A DNA stretch of 64,000 nucleotides from Gemmatimonadota bacterium. Its GTDB lineage: Bacteria > Gemmatimonadota > Gemmatimonadetes > Gemmatimonadales > GWC2-71-9. The position numbers and the translations under genes were made by a program. The stretch spans positions 7,372 through 71,371 of the forward strand of contig QHUJ01000113.1 of the NCBI GenBank assembly GCA_003221895.1, in the 5' to 3' direction. Of this stretch, positions 27,530 through 37,223 are shown piece after piece. The notes beneath the pieces were generated by a model that saw nothing but the letters and a program-made list of their open reading frames with translations, ran no database searches and was not told the origin of the DNA. How positions within the stretch are numbered: the first letter of the stretch is position 1; each line of letters opens with the position of its first letter.

Positions 27530-28802
27530 CCGCGCCGATCAGATCGTCGAGCGCGGCGACCGCCGCCCGCAGGTGGGTCGCCGCGGCCGCGGCGTCGACG
27601 CCCGCCTGACGAGCCGCCCAGAACCCGTCCAGTTCGACAGCCGCGCGCTCCAGCGCAGCGCGATGGCGCGCCCGCGTCACCACCGGCTCGACATCGCCGA
27701 GCGCGAGTAAGCGGCCGAACGCGACTGCGGCGAGTCGGCGCCGCAGCTCGCCGAGCCCCTGCCCGGTCACGACTGAGACGGACGCTCGGAGATCCGGACG
27801 GCCGGACGGCCGGTCAGGGAGATCGCTCTTCGTGACGACCTCGACGACCGGTTTCTGACCGACATCCGGCAATCGATCCTCCTCCGTATCCCGACAGAAC
27901 AGAATGAGATCGGCGGCATCGAGATACCGTTTGGAGAACTCGATGCCCATGCGTTCGATGCGCTCGTCGCTATCGCGCAGCCCCGCCGTATCGACGAGCC
28001 GGAACGGAAATCCTTCGATCACCGCGTGCGCTTCGATCGCGTCTCGCGTGGTGCCCGGAATCTCGGTGACGATCGCGCGCTCGGTGCCAAGCAGCGCGTT
28101 GAAGAGCGAGGACTTGCCGGCGTTGGGACGGCCCGCGATGACGAGCAGCGCCCCCTCGCGGAGCCGCTCGCCTTCGGGAGCGGTTTTCAGGAGGTCGCTC
28201 ACACGATCCCGCACCACGCCCCACGCCCCGCGCACCCGCTCCGGACTCACGGGACCCTCATCTTCCTCAGGAAAGTCGATCTCGTACGCGATCAGCGCCT
28301 CGAGCTCGAGGATCTCGCCCCGCAAGGCGGCCAGGCGATCCGACAGGCCGCGCTCGAGCTGGTGCAGCGCGCGGCGGCGCTGCGCCGGCGAGCCCGCGTC
28401 GATCAGGTCCGCCGTCGCTTCGGCCTGCAGCAAGTCCATCTTGCCGTTGAGCACCGCGCGCCGCGTGAACTCCCCGGGCTGCGCGGGGCGCGCGCCGGCG
28501 GCGACCAGCGCGGCGACGGCCGCCGCCGGAACCGCCAGGCCGCCATGCGTCGAGATCTCGACCACATCCTCGCCCGTATAGGAATGCGGCGTGGGAAAAC
28601 ACGCCGCGAGCACGTCATCAACCGGCTCGCGTGAGTCGGGGCTCAGGAGCCGCGCGCGAAACACCGTGCGCGCCGGCGCGGGGTGAAAGGGTTGGAGACA
28701 GCGGGCGGCGACCGAGAAGCTGGAGCCGCCTGAGAGACGAATCAGCGCGAGTGCGCCGCGACCCGGTGGCGTCGCGAGCGCGACGATGGGGTCGGAGAGC
28801 AG
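27474..28802 (-). CDS. mnmE: tRNA modification GTPase MnmE (probable non-canonical CTG start)
   Basis: Track ORF 27474..28664 starts at a GTG inside the conserved N-domain. The same frame continues upstream as LLSDPIVALATPPGRGALALIRLSG, the MnmE N-terminal signature. G-domain GRPNAGKSSLFNAL and canonical C-terminus FCVGK are present. The only near-cognate start after the in-frame TGA is CTG at 28802-28800, 5 nt after the yidC stop. Confidence 0.88.
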   Translation of the reverse strand: MLSDPIVALATPPGRGALALIRLSGGSSFSVAARCLQPFHPAPARTVFRARLLSPDSREPVDDVLAACFPTPHSYTGEDVVEISTHGGLAVPAAAVAALVAAGARPAQPGEFTRRAVLNGKMDLLQAEATADLIDAGSPAQRRRALHQLERGLSDRLAALRGEILELEALIAYEIDFPEEDEGPVSPERVRGAWGVVRDRVSDLLKTAPEGERLREGALLVIAGRPNAGKSSLFNALLGTERAIVTEIPGTTRDAIEAHAVIEGFPFRLVDTAGLRDSDERIERMGIEFSKRYLDAADLILFCRDTEEDRLPDVGQKPVVEVVTKSDLPDRPSGRPDLRASVSVVTGQGLGELRRRLAAVAFGRLLALGDVEPVVTRARHRAALERAAVELDGFWAARQAGVDAAAAATHLRAAVAALDDLIGAVTPQDVLDRVFAAFCVGK

Positions 28803-28806
28803 TCCC

Positions 28807-30534
28807 TCACCCCCGTTCCCCCTCTCCTCTGCGAGGAGAGGGGGTCAGGGGGAGAGGTCGGGCCACGGGGGCCTGGCGCAGACGCTTCTTCGCAATCCGG
28901 TATTGCTGCGGGATACTGAAAATATTCTGTGCCGCGTAATAGAGGTTCAGACCCGAGGCAAAGTTCAGGAACAGTACCGTCATGAAGACCGGCATGAAGT
29001 ACAGCATGGTCTTCGTCTGCGGATTCGGCGGCACACCGATCTGGCCGACCCTGGACAGCCCGAACATCGAGAGTCCCATCAGGATGGGAATGATGTAGTA
29101 CGGATCGGGCCGCGACAGGTCCGGCAGCCAGAGGAACGGCACGCCACGGAAGATGATCGTGTTCGCGAACACAAAGAACAGCGCGATGAGCACCGGCCAG
29201 GGAATCAGCATCGGCAAGCAACCGCCGAACGGATTGACGTTGTGTTCCTTGTAGATCCGCAGCATCTCACGCTGCAACCGTTCCGGATCGTTCTTGTACT
29301 TGTCTTGTGTCTCCTTGAGCAGCGGCGCGACCGCCTGCATGCGGATGCCCGACTCCATCGCCTTCTGGTTCAACGGCCACAGCAGAAGCCGGATCATGAT
29401 GCCGAATAGAATCAGGCCCCACCCGTAGGCGATGTGGAGCCGTTCATGCATCCATAACAGAATGTTCGTGACGAACAGGGAGACCGGCCGAATGATCGGA
29501 CGGAAGAGGCTCCACCCGTAGGGATTGGCGTCGTCCAAATCGTGTCCCATACGAGACAACTGCCGGTAGTCGAGCGGGCCGGCATACACCTGATAGCGAA
29601 AGCCGCCTCCTTGAACCGGCAGCGTCAGCGTCACGTCGGCGCGCGATACCATTTTGCCGGTGCGAACGCGGCCCACCGCGATTGCCCCACCGAAGGTGGG
29701 GCGCCCTTCCTCCAGCGCGAGCGCGGCGGTGAAGAAGTACTTCGATTTCACGCCGACCCATTCGAACGGGCCATCGAACAGCTCGCGCTCCCCGGGTTTG
29801 AGCTTGGCGAAATCGGTGCGCTCCGCTTTCGACGCTTTCGTCACGACGCCGTAATGGCGATAGTCGTCCAGTGAATCCTTCTCGGCAGAGCGCAGTCCGT
29901 CCGCCAGGTCGATCAGAAGCACCGCCCCGCCGCTGCCCAGGCCCGTCACGGTGCCGCTGACGTCGAAGCGATACTCGTCGGGCACGAAGCGATACTCGAG
30001 CGTGACGTGCGATCCGCCACGGTCCGCGTCCAGCCGCAGCGTTTTCTGGCCCTGCCCCGCAGGCACGACGAGGCCCGGCGCATCAGGCGTAGGCTGGAAA
30101 CTCCAATCGTCGAGCGAGACCGTATCGCCGGCCGGCAGCACGAGGCGATGCCGCAGGAACGCGCTCCCGGCCGAGACCAGCTGGACCGGCTTTGCCGAGT
30201 CGCCCGGTGCAAACGATTGGTATTGTGTCAGTTCTGCAGAAACGACAGAGCCGCCATGCGTGTTGAAACCGAGCCGTAAGAGGGGGGTGCTGACCCACAC
30301 CACACGGCCCGTATCAGCGGTTGGGCGGTTCGGCGGTTGCGCGCGGGGGGGGGCGGCGGCGACTGGTTGACCCGGGGTCGGAGCGCGAGCCGAGGAGTCG
30401 CGTACGACACTGCTATCCGCCGAACCGCCCAACCGGCCAACCGCCGGCCTCTTGGACGGCCAAATGAGCATCGGCACGAACCAGATCAGGAGGATCAACA
30501 GAACGGCGAGGACGAGACGCTGGCGATCGTTCAT
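28807..30534 (-). CDS. yidC: Membrane protein insertase YidC
   Basis: N-terminal TM segment, large periplasmic domain, and a C-terminal 60 kDa-IMP core ([60 protein letters not shown]). Preferred start is the ATG at 30534 (MNDRQR), in ATGA overlap with the yidD stop. Confidence 0.92.
   Translation of the reverse strand: MNDRQRLVLAVLLILLIWFVPMLIWPSKRPAVGRLGGSADSSVVRDSSARAPTPGQPVAAAPPRAQPPNRPTADTGRVVWVSTPLLRLGFNTHGGSVVSAELTQYQSFAPGDSAKPVQLVSAGSAFLRHRLVLPAGDTVSLDDWSFQPTPDAPGLVVPAGQGQKTLRLDADRGGSHVTLEYRFVPDEYRFDVSGTVTGLGSGGAVLLIDLADGLRSAEKDSLDDYRHYGVVTKASKAERTDFAKLKPGERELFDGPFEWVGVKSKYFFTAALALEEGRPTFGGAIAVGRVRTGKMVSRADVTLTLPVQGGGFRYQVYAGPLDYRQLSRMGHDLDDANPYGWSLFRPIIRPVSLFVTNILLWMHERLHIAYGWGLILFGIMIRLLLWPLNQKAMESGIRMQAVAPLLKETQDKYKNDPERLQREMLRIYKEHNVNPFGGCLPMLIPWPVLIALFFVFANTIIFRGVPFLWLPDLSRPDPYYIIPILMGLSMFGLSRVGQIGVPPNPQTKTMLYFMPVFMTVLFLNFASGLNLYYAAQNIFSIPQQYRIAKKRLRQAPVARPLPLTPSPRRGEGERG
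28818..28844 (-). repeat. Perfect 12-bp hairpin (REP-like) inside the 3' end of yidC
   Basis: CCCCCTCTCCTC (28818-28829), loop TGC, GAGGAGAGGGGG (28833-28844). It encodes the atypical YidC tail ...[11 protein letters not shown] further GGGGAGAGG copy lies at 28848-28856. Confidence 0.6.
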
Positions 30535-30758
30535 GGCACCGGGTCGTAGCCACCTTCGTGGAACGGATGACACTTGAGGATGCGTCGCACGCCCATCCAG
30601 CCGCCACGCAGGGCGCCGTACCGCTCGACTGCCTCATACGTGTAGCGCGAGCAAGACGGTTCAAAGCGGCATTGCGTAAACACGAGGTGCGAGAGCGTCA
30701 GCTGATAGCCGCGAATCAACGCCATCACGACAAGACGTGGCAGTCGGAGCAGCGTCAC
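30531..30758 (-). CDS. yidD: Membrane protein insertion efficiency factor YidD
   Basis: 75 aa. Contains [61 protein letters not shown]. Confidence 0.9.
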   Translation of the reverse strand: MTLLRLPRLVVMALIRGYQLTLSHLVFTQCRFEPSCSRYTYEAVERYGALRGGWMGVRRILKCHPFHEGGYDPVP

Positions 30759-31093
30759 GTCAGCGTCTCCACCGCTGCAGTCAATTCAGCGCGGAGGTCC
30801 GCAAACGAGGCCGTGTATGCCGAACGCTTGGCGCGAATCACGAGATCGATCGCTGGAAGGTTGCGCAGCACTTCGCGCCGCAGGATCTCACGCAGCCGCC
30901 GGCGCAGGCGATTGCGTGCCACCGCCGATGACTGATGGCGTGGGACGATGAGACCGAGACGCGCATGACCAGCGGCATTGTGACGCCACGCCAAATCGAG
31001 GTGCTGCGTGCGCCGGCGGCGGCCGGCTTCCCAGCCGGACGTGAGCTCCGAACCGCGCGTGATGCGTACGCGGCGCGGGTACCGCTCGCTCGT
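30755..31093 (-). CDS. rnpA: Ribonuclease P protein component (5' limit shown; true start unresolved)
   Basis: The canonical-start ORF is 30755..30994 (TTG). The same frame stays open up to the rpmH stop and encodes [46 protein letters not shown], which matches the conserved RnpA N-terminal region. Downstream: [16 protein letters not shown]. No ATG/GTG/TTG exists in 30995..31093. Confidence 0.8.
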   Translation of the reverse strand, partial: TSERYPRRVRITRGSELTSGWEAGRRRRTQHLDLAWRHNAAGHARLGLIVPRHQSSAVARNRLRRRLREILRREVLRNLPAIDLVIRAKRSAYTASFADLRAELTAAVETLT

Positions 31094-31255
31094 TTACCGG
31101 CTCCGGTGTTTGGATGGAGTCGTGACGGTGAGACGCTTGCGACCCTTCTTGCGCCGGCGGGACAGCGTGGCGCGGCCCCAGACGTTTTTCATCCGCGCGC
31201 GAAATCCATGCTTATTAATGCGCCGCCGATTTCGCGGCCGATATGTCGGACCCAT
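31094..31255 (-). CDS. rpmH: 50S ribosomal protein L34 (with 9-aa C-terminal extension)
   Basis: [44 protein letters not shown] followed by TTPSKHRSR. Position upstream of rnpA is canonical. Confidence 0.9.
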   Translation of the reverse strand: MGPTYRPRNRRRINKHGFRARMKNVWGRATLSRRRKKGRKRLTVTTPSKHRSR

Positions 31256-31310
31256 GATTTCCTCGAGTAAGGCGGGGAAAGTTACCCGGCGCAACGCGCG
31301 ACGGTCAAGG

Positions 31311-31339
31311 TTGACTTTTGCACAGAGGGCCCGTAGTTT
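31311..31339 (+). promoter_or_regulatory. Candidate sigma-70 promoter of dnaA with an embedded DnaA box
   Basis: TTGACT (31311-31316), 17-nt spacer, TAGTTT (31334-31339), about 45 nt upstream of the dnaA ATG. TTTTGCACA (31316-31324) fits the relaxed DnaA-box consensus TTWTNCACA. Confidence 0.35.
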
Positions 31340-31384
31340 CGCCCCGCCCTTGTTGGACGTCCTACCTAAATTCCGACAATCGTA

Positions 31385-32776
31385 ATGGAGCAGTCAGTCA
31401 ACGAAGCTTGGAAGCGTCTCCTCGATGAGGCGCGACGCGAACTCCCCGAGGCGACGGTCCGGACGTGGCTCGAGCCATCGGAACCGATCGCGCTCGACGA
31501 GGGACGTCTGATCATCGGCGCGCCCGATCAATTCGCGGCGGAATGGAACGAGTCGAAGCACGCGAGCCTGTTGGCGCGCGCGGCCGAGCGCGTGCTCGGC
31601 CGGCCGACGACCGTTGTGTTCCGCGTGCAGGAAGATCGCCAGCGCCGGCCGCAGATGGATTTCTTCGTCGCGCCGCGAGAGCATGCGGGCAACACCGCCA
31701 CGGTATCCGCCGTCGCCACCACGCCACTCAACGAACGCTACACGTTTCAGACGTTCGTCATCGGAAAATCGAACGAGCTGGCCGCCGCGGCCGCCCACGG
31801 CGTCGCCGAAGCGCCCGGGAAGACGTACAACCCGCTCTTCATTTACGGCGCGACGGGACTCGGCAAGACGCATTTGATGCAGGCGATCGCGCACGCGGTC
31901 CTCGAAAAGCATCCGGAGACGCGGCTGCAGTACTTCGGCGCCGAGCAATTCATCAACGACGTGATCGAATCGATTCACGCGCGGACGATGTCCGAGTTCC
32001 GCCGTCGCTATCGCAACGACGTGGACCTTCTGCTGGTGGACGACGTGCATTTCCTCGAGGGCAAGGAAATGACGCAGGAGGAGTTCTTCCACACGTTCAA
32101 CGCGCTGTTCGAGGCGCACAAGCAGATCGTGCTGACCTCGGACCGGCCACCGAAAGAGATTCCGGGCCTCGAAGACCGGCTGATCTCGCGGTTCGAGTGG
32201 GGTATGGTGGCCGACATCGGCCATCCCGATCTCGAGCACCGCATCGCGATCCTCCGGAAGAAAGCCGAGCAGGATCATCTCGAGCTGACGATTCCGGACG
32301 ACGTGCTTCGCTTCATCGCGGAGCACATCCGCTCCAGCGTGCGCGAGCTGGAGGGCTGCATCATCAAGCTGCTGCTCTTCGCGTCGCTCAAGAACCGCGA
32401 GGTCACGATCGAGCTGGCCCGCGAAGCGCTCTCGGACAAGATCCGTCAGGGCGAAGAGGGATCGGGCTACGGCAGCAGCCAGTCGGCGCCAAGCGTCGAC
32501 CGCGTCCAGGAGGTCGTGGCGCGGCGCTGGGGCGTGACGCCGGAAGGCCTGCGCTCCAAGGCGCGGACGAAGACGCTCACGATTCCGCGGCAAGTGGCCA
32601 TGTACCTCGCTCGCAACATGCTGGGCATGCAGCTCGTGGAGATTGGCCAGGCGTTTGGCGGGCGCGATCATTCGACCGTCATTCACAGCGTCGACAAGGT
32701 CGAACGGCAGATGATGCGCGACCGGACGTTCAAGGAGCGCGTCGAAATGGCGCGGCAGGAGTTGTCCGCACTGTAA
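31385..32776 (+). CDS. dnaA: Chromosomal replication initiator protein DnaA
   Basis: 463 aa. Contains [22 protein letters not shown], Walker [39 protein letters not shown] and the domain IV region [34 protein letters not shown]. Confidence 0.97.
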   Translation: MEQSVNEAWKRLLDEARRELPEATVRTWLEPSEPIALDEGRLIIGAPDQFAAEWNESKHASLLARAAERVLGRPTTVVFRVQEDRQRRPQMDFFVAPREHAGNTATVSAVATTPLNERYTFQTFVIGKSNELAAAAAHGVAEAPGKTYNPLFIYGATGLGKTHLMQAIAHAVLEKHPETRLQYFGAEQFINDVIESIHARTMSEFRRRYRNDVDLLLVDDVHFLEGKEMTQEEFFHTFNALFEAHKQIVLTSDRPPKEIPGLEDRLISRFEWGMVADIGHPDLEHRIAILRKKAEQDHLELTIPDDVLRFIAEHIRSSVRELEGCIIKLLLFASLKNREVTIELAREALSDKIRQGEEGSGYGSSQSAPSVDRVQEVVARRWGVTPEGLRSKARTKTLTIPRQVAMYLARNMLGMQLVEIGQAFGGRDHSTVIHSVDKVERQMMRDRTFKERVEMARQELSAL

Positions 32777-33018
32777 CCAACAGGCGGCGTGGGGAAAACG
32801 GCGCGCGATGTGGGCAGTGGGGAAACGCGCCCGAGTATCCGCAAAGCGCCAACAGTGCCAACAGTGCACCAACATGATGTGACGGACGGCAGGTGATTCA
32901 CTGGTTGCGCTTTAGCGACATCGCCCACATATCCCCGATGTCTACTACTACTACTAAGTAGTTCTATATAGAGAAGTAGTAGTAAGACTTTCCCCAAACG
33001 GAGACGACGCAGGCGGTC
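32777..33018. other. Candidate oriC (dnaA-dnaN spacer): G-rich box repeats, tandem 9-mers, degenerate DnaA boxes and an AT-rich palindromic unwinding element
   Basis: GTGGGGAAAAC (32789-32799) and GTGGGGAAAC (32817-32826), plus inverted CTTTCCCCAAAC (32988-32999). GTATCCGCA (32835-32843) matches TTATCCACA at 7/9. Tandem CCAACAGTG x2 at 32849-32866. AT-rich block at 32941-32987. Confidence 0.55.
32941..32987. repeat. AT-rich (CTA)5 / (GTA)3 inverted-repeat element with central TCTATATAGA palindrome (DUE candidate)
   Basis: TCTACTACTACTACTAAGTAGTTCTATATAGAGAAGTAGTAGTAAGA. TACTACTAC (32943-32951) is the reverse complement of GTAGTAGTA (32976-32984). TCTATATAGA (32963-32972) is a perfect palindrome. 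This is the lowest-GC stretch in the window. Confidence 0.55.
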
Positions 33019-34131
33019 ATGAAGTTCACGATTACGCGCGAACAACTGCAGGAAGGGCTGGCGGCCGTCGCAGCCGCCATTCCCGCGAAAACGACGCTCC
33101 CCGTATTGGCCAACGTCCTGGTCGAAGCGTCCAAGCAAGGCGGTGGCCTCCGGCTGTCCGGCACGGATCTCGACATCGCGGTGAGCACGACGGTCCCGGC
33201 CGAGGTCGACGCGGACGGCGCAGTGACGCTGCCGGCCAAGAAGCTCGTCGACATCGCGCGCGAGCTCCCCTCGGGTCCGGTACGGATCACGGCCGCGGGT
33301 GAAGCGCGCGTCTCGATCGAGTCCGGGCGATCGAAGTTCAAGCTGCTCGGCCTGCCGCGGGAAGAGTTTCCGTCGTTCCCCGCGGTCAAGTTCGATAAGG
33401 CATGGAAAGCGGCAGCCGGTGTCGTGCACAAACTCGTGGGTCACGTGTCGTTCGCGGCCTCGACGGAAGAGAGCCGCCCCATCTTGAATGGCGTGCTGTG
33501 GGAGCTGCGGCCGGACCGGATGCGCATGGTGGCGACCAACGGCCACCGGCTCGCCAAGATGGATGTGCCGGCCACGGGCGGATCGACGGCCGATCTCATC
33601 GTGCCGCCGAAGGCGCTCGAACAGATCCGCCGGCTCTACGCGGGGGACGCCGAGATTGAGCTCGCCAAGAGCGACAACCATATCGGCTTCCGAGCGGGCG
33701 GCACGCTCGTGTTCTCGCGGCTGATCGAAGGCCCGTATCCCAATTATGAACAGGTGATCCCGCGCGAGAACGACAAGCAGGCGACGGTCGACAAAGCGGG
33801 CATGGCGGCGGCACTGCGGCGCATGAGCGTCGTCGCGAGCGACCAGACGCACCGCATTCGTCTCGCGTTCTCGGGCGGCAACGTGAAGTTCTCCGTGCAG
33901 ACGCCCGACCTGGGCGAAGCCCAGGACGAGCTCTCTGTCACCTACGAGGGCGAGCCGCTCGAGATCGGGTTCAACGCGACGTATCTGCTCGAGATCCTGA
34001 AGTACATGCCGACCGACGAAGTGCGCTTCACCTTCAAAGCACCGGAGCGCGCGGCAACCATAGAGCCGGTGGGCTGGAACGATCCGGCGTCCTACATGGC
34101 GCTGGTGATGCCGCTACGGCTTGTGGATTAG
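33019..34131 (+). CDS. dnaN: DNA polymerase III subunit beta (sliding clamp)
   Basis: 370 aa. Contains MKFTITREQLQEGLAAVAAAIPAKTTLPVLANVLVEA...RPILNGVLWEL...MVATNGHRLA...FSRLIEGPYPNYEQVIP...MALVMPLRL. Confidence 0.97.
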   Translation: MKFTITREQLQEGLAAVAAAIPAKTTLPVLANVLVEASKQGGGLRLSGTDLDIAVSTTVPAEVDADGAVTLPAKKLVDIARELPSGPVRITAAGEARVSIESGRSKFKLLGLPREEFPSFPAVKFDKAWKAAAGVVHKLVGHVSFAASTEESRPILNGVLWELRPDRMRMVATNGHRLAKMDVPATGGSTADLIVPPKALEQIRRLYAGDAEIELAKSDNHIGFRAGGTLVFSRLIEGPYPNYEQVIPRENDKQATVDKAGMAAALRRMSVVASDQTHRIRLAFSGGNVKFSVQTPDLGEAQDELSVTYEGEPLEIGFNATYLLEILKYMPTDEVRFTFKAPERAATIEPVGWNDPASYMALVMPLRLVD

Positions 34132-34942
34132 CGAGTCCGTCAGGGAGTCTGTTAGCGAGTCGGTCAGCGAATCAGTTAGCGCATGAGCTATGGAATCCAG
34201 CGGAATCACGGGTAGTATCGGCGGAGGCTCGATCACCGGCACATCGGGGATCGAGTCTTCTGCTATGGGCGGGACAGGAATTTTGCCGCCGTAGTACCGC
34301 GCCAGAACCAGGTCCCGCCGCGCAAGCATCCGCGCGGGCCGATACGCCGGATTGGACGTCCGGGGCTGCGGCAGCGTGGCAGCCAGCGCCGCGGCCTGGG
34401 CCGCAGTGAGTCGATCGGGCGGCACACCGTAGTACGCTTCACTCGCCGCCTTCATGCCCCACACACCCGGCCCCAGCTCCGCGACGCTCAGGTACAACCC
34501 CATGATGCGATTCTTGCTGAGCGCGAGCTCAAGGCGGACCGCGGTCACGCCTTCCTTCAGCTTCCGAAAGATGGAGCGCGAGGGAGAGAGGTACAGATTC
34601 TTCGCGAGCTGCTGCGTGATCGTGCTCGCGCCCCGATGGCCGCCCGCGGCCCACGCGTCGTGCAACTCGATGAAATCGATGCCGTGATGTGTTTTGAATC
34701 GCGAGTCCTCGGCGATGATGACCATGCGTTCGACGACGGGCGGGACGGACGGGACGGGCGAGACGGCACGGGCGGGCTGGCGCGTCGTGCGACACGCGTC
34801 GTGTAACCGCATCATGGCGGTGCAGCGCGGCTCATGATCGCGCCACCAGATGGGCGGTGGCCAGACCGCGAACAACCACGCGACAAATAGCGCGCCCGCG
34901 ACTAGCAGAACGCGGCCCGCACTTCTAGCTTTTGCCACCGCC

Positions 34943-34944
<2 letters not shown>
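34114..34944 (-). CDS. mtgA: Monofunctional biosynthetic peptidoglycan transglycosylase with (TDSL)n C-terminal tail
   Basis: GT51 motifs IIAEDSRFKTHHGIDF, GASTITQQLAKNLYLSPSRS and RKLKE. N-terminal TM segment. Its 3' end overlaps the dnaN 3' end convergently by 18 nt. Confidence 0.85.
34128..34187. repeat. Five imperfect 12-bp tandem repeats (TYAGSGARTCNG)
   Basis: ttagcgagtccg / tcagggagtctg / ttagcgagtcgg / tcagcgaatcag / ttagcgcatgag. On the minus strand these encode ALTDSLTDSLTDSLTDSLI at the mtgA C-terminus. The first unit covers the dnaN stop codon. Confidence 0.8.
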
Positions 34945-36363
<1,419 letters not shown>

Positions 36364-36367
<4 letters not shown>

Positions 36368-37191
36368 CGGCGTCCCGGTCCCGGTTGGCGGCTGGACACG
36401 CCGTAGAGACTCACTGCGTCAACGTTCGAGATATCCCCAGGTGTCGTCGTCATCAAGCCGATCCGGTCTTGATCACCGATCGACAGGCCGAACGTAAAGG
36501 CACCGCGACGCAAGTTCCCATCGGTATCGAGTCGCGCAAGAATCCCGAGCGGCCATTTGCCCGTGCCGGACGTCCAGCTCAGGCCGAATGCATACGCGCT
36601 CAAGCCCAGGGTATACGTCGAGCTCGAATCGGGCACCGCGCGCGCGTCCGTCGAGAAGCGCAACGCTGACACGGGCCGCCACGTGAGCCCCGGAACCATC
36701 GTGAAATGCTGCTCGATCCCGCGGACCATGGGCTCGCCGATATTCGCCCCGACGAGGCCCACCGTCAGCGACGGCAGGGCGAGGTACGTCACGCCGATGT
36801 CCCAGCCCGTCCCCTTTCCGCCCCCACCAGTGTAGCGCGCGATGGCCAACCCGGCTCCCAGTCCCCCCGATCCTCCTGCAAACCCCAGGCGGTAGGTATT
36901 GCCGTGCACGCCGTCGTCGAGCACGTCGTGCTGCCACCCGAACGCGAGACCGCGCGCGTTAAAGCCGGCATTCACCTGGCGCAGCTTGCCGGTCGATCCC
37001 GGATCGCCAACAGAGGCCTCGGCGTACACCGAAGCTTCACGCGCCACGCCGAGCCCTGCGGGATTGACCCAGATGGCGCGGACGTCTTTGACATCCGTAG
37101 TAAAGAGGTAGGCGCTGGCGCGATTGGGGGCGACTTGCTGGGCGGCCGAACGGCTGGAAGGCCAGACGGCCAGAAGCAGAAGCACGCCCAC
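36364..37191 (-). CDS. Putative outer-membrane beta-barrel protein
   Basis: Signal peptide GVLLLLAVWPSSRSAAQQ. Alternating beta-strand pattern with frequent G/aromatic residues (LAFGWQHD, TYRLGFAGGSGG, WDIGVTYLAL, AFTFGLSIG). No family recognised. Confidence 0.5.
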
Positions 37192-37223
37192 AGCGGCCGT
37201 CCGGCCGTCAGGCCGTCCGACCG

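Noticed and set aside
30345-30353. G9 homopolymer in yidC (and G8 at 38002-38009) as possible phase-variation tracts
   Set aside because: They encode Pro runs within low-complexity linkers of an essential gene and a lipoprotein. There is no evidence of alternative frames being functional. More likely a by-product of GC-rich Pro codons.
31394-32877. 493-aa minus-strand and 470-aa plus-strand alternative-frame ORFs over dnaA
   Set aside because: DnaA in the 31385 frame is full-length with all AAA+ and domain IV motifs. The others are frame or strand shadows.
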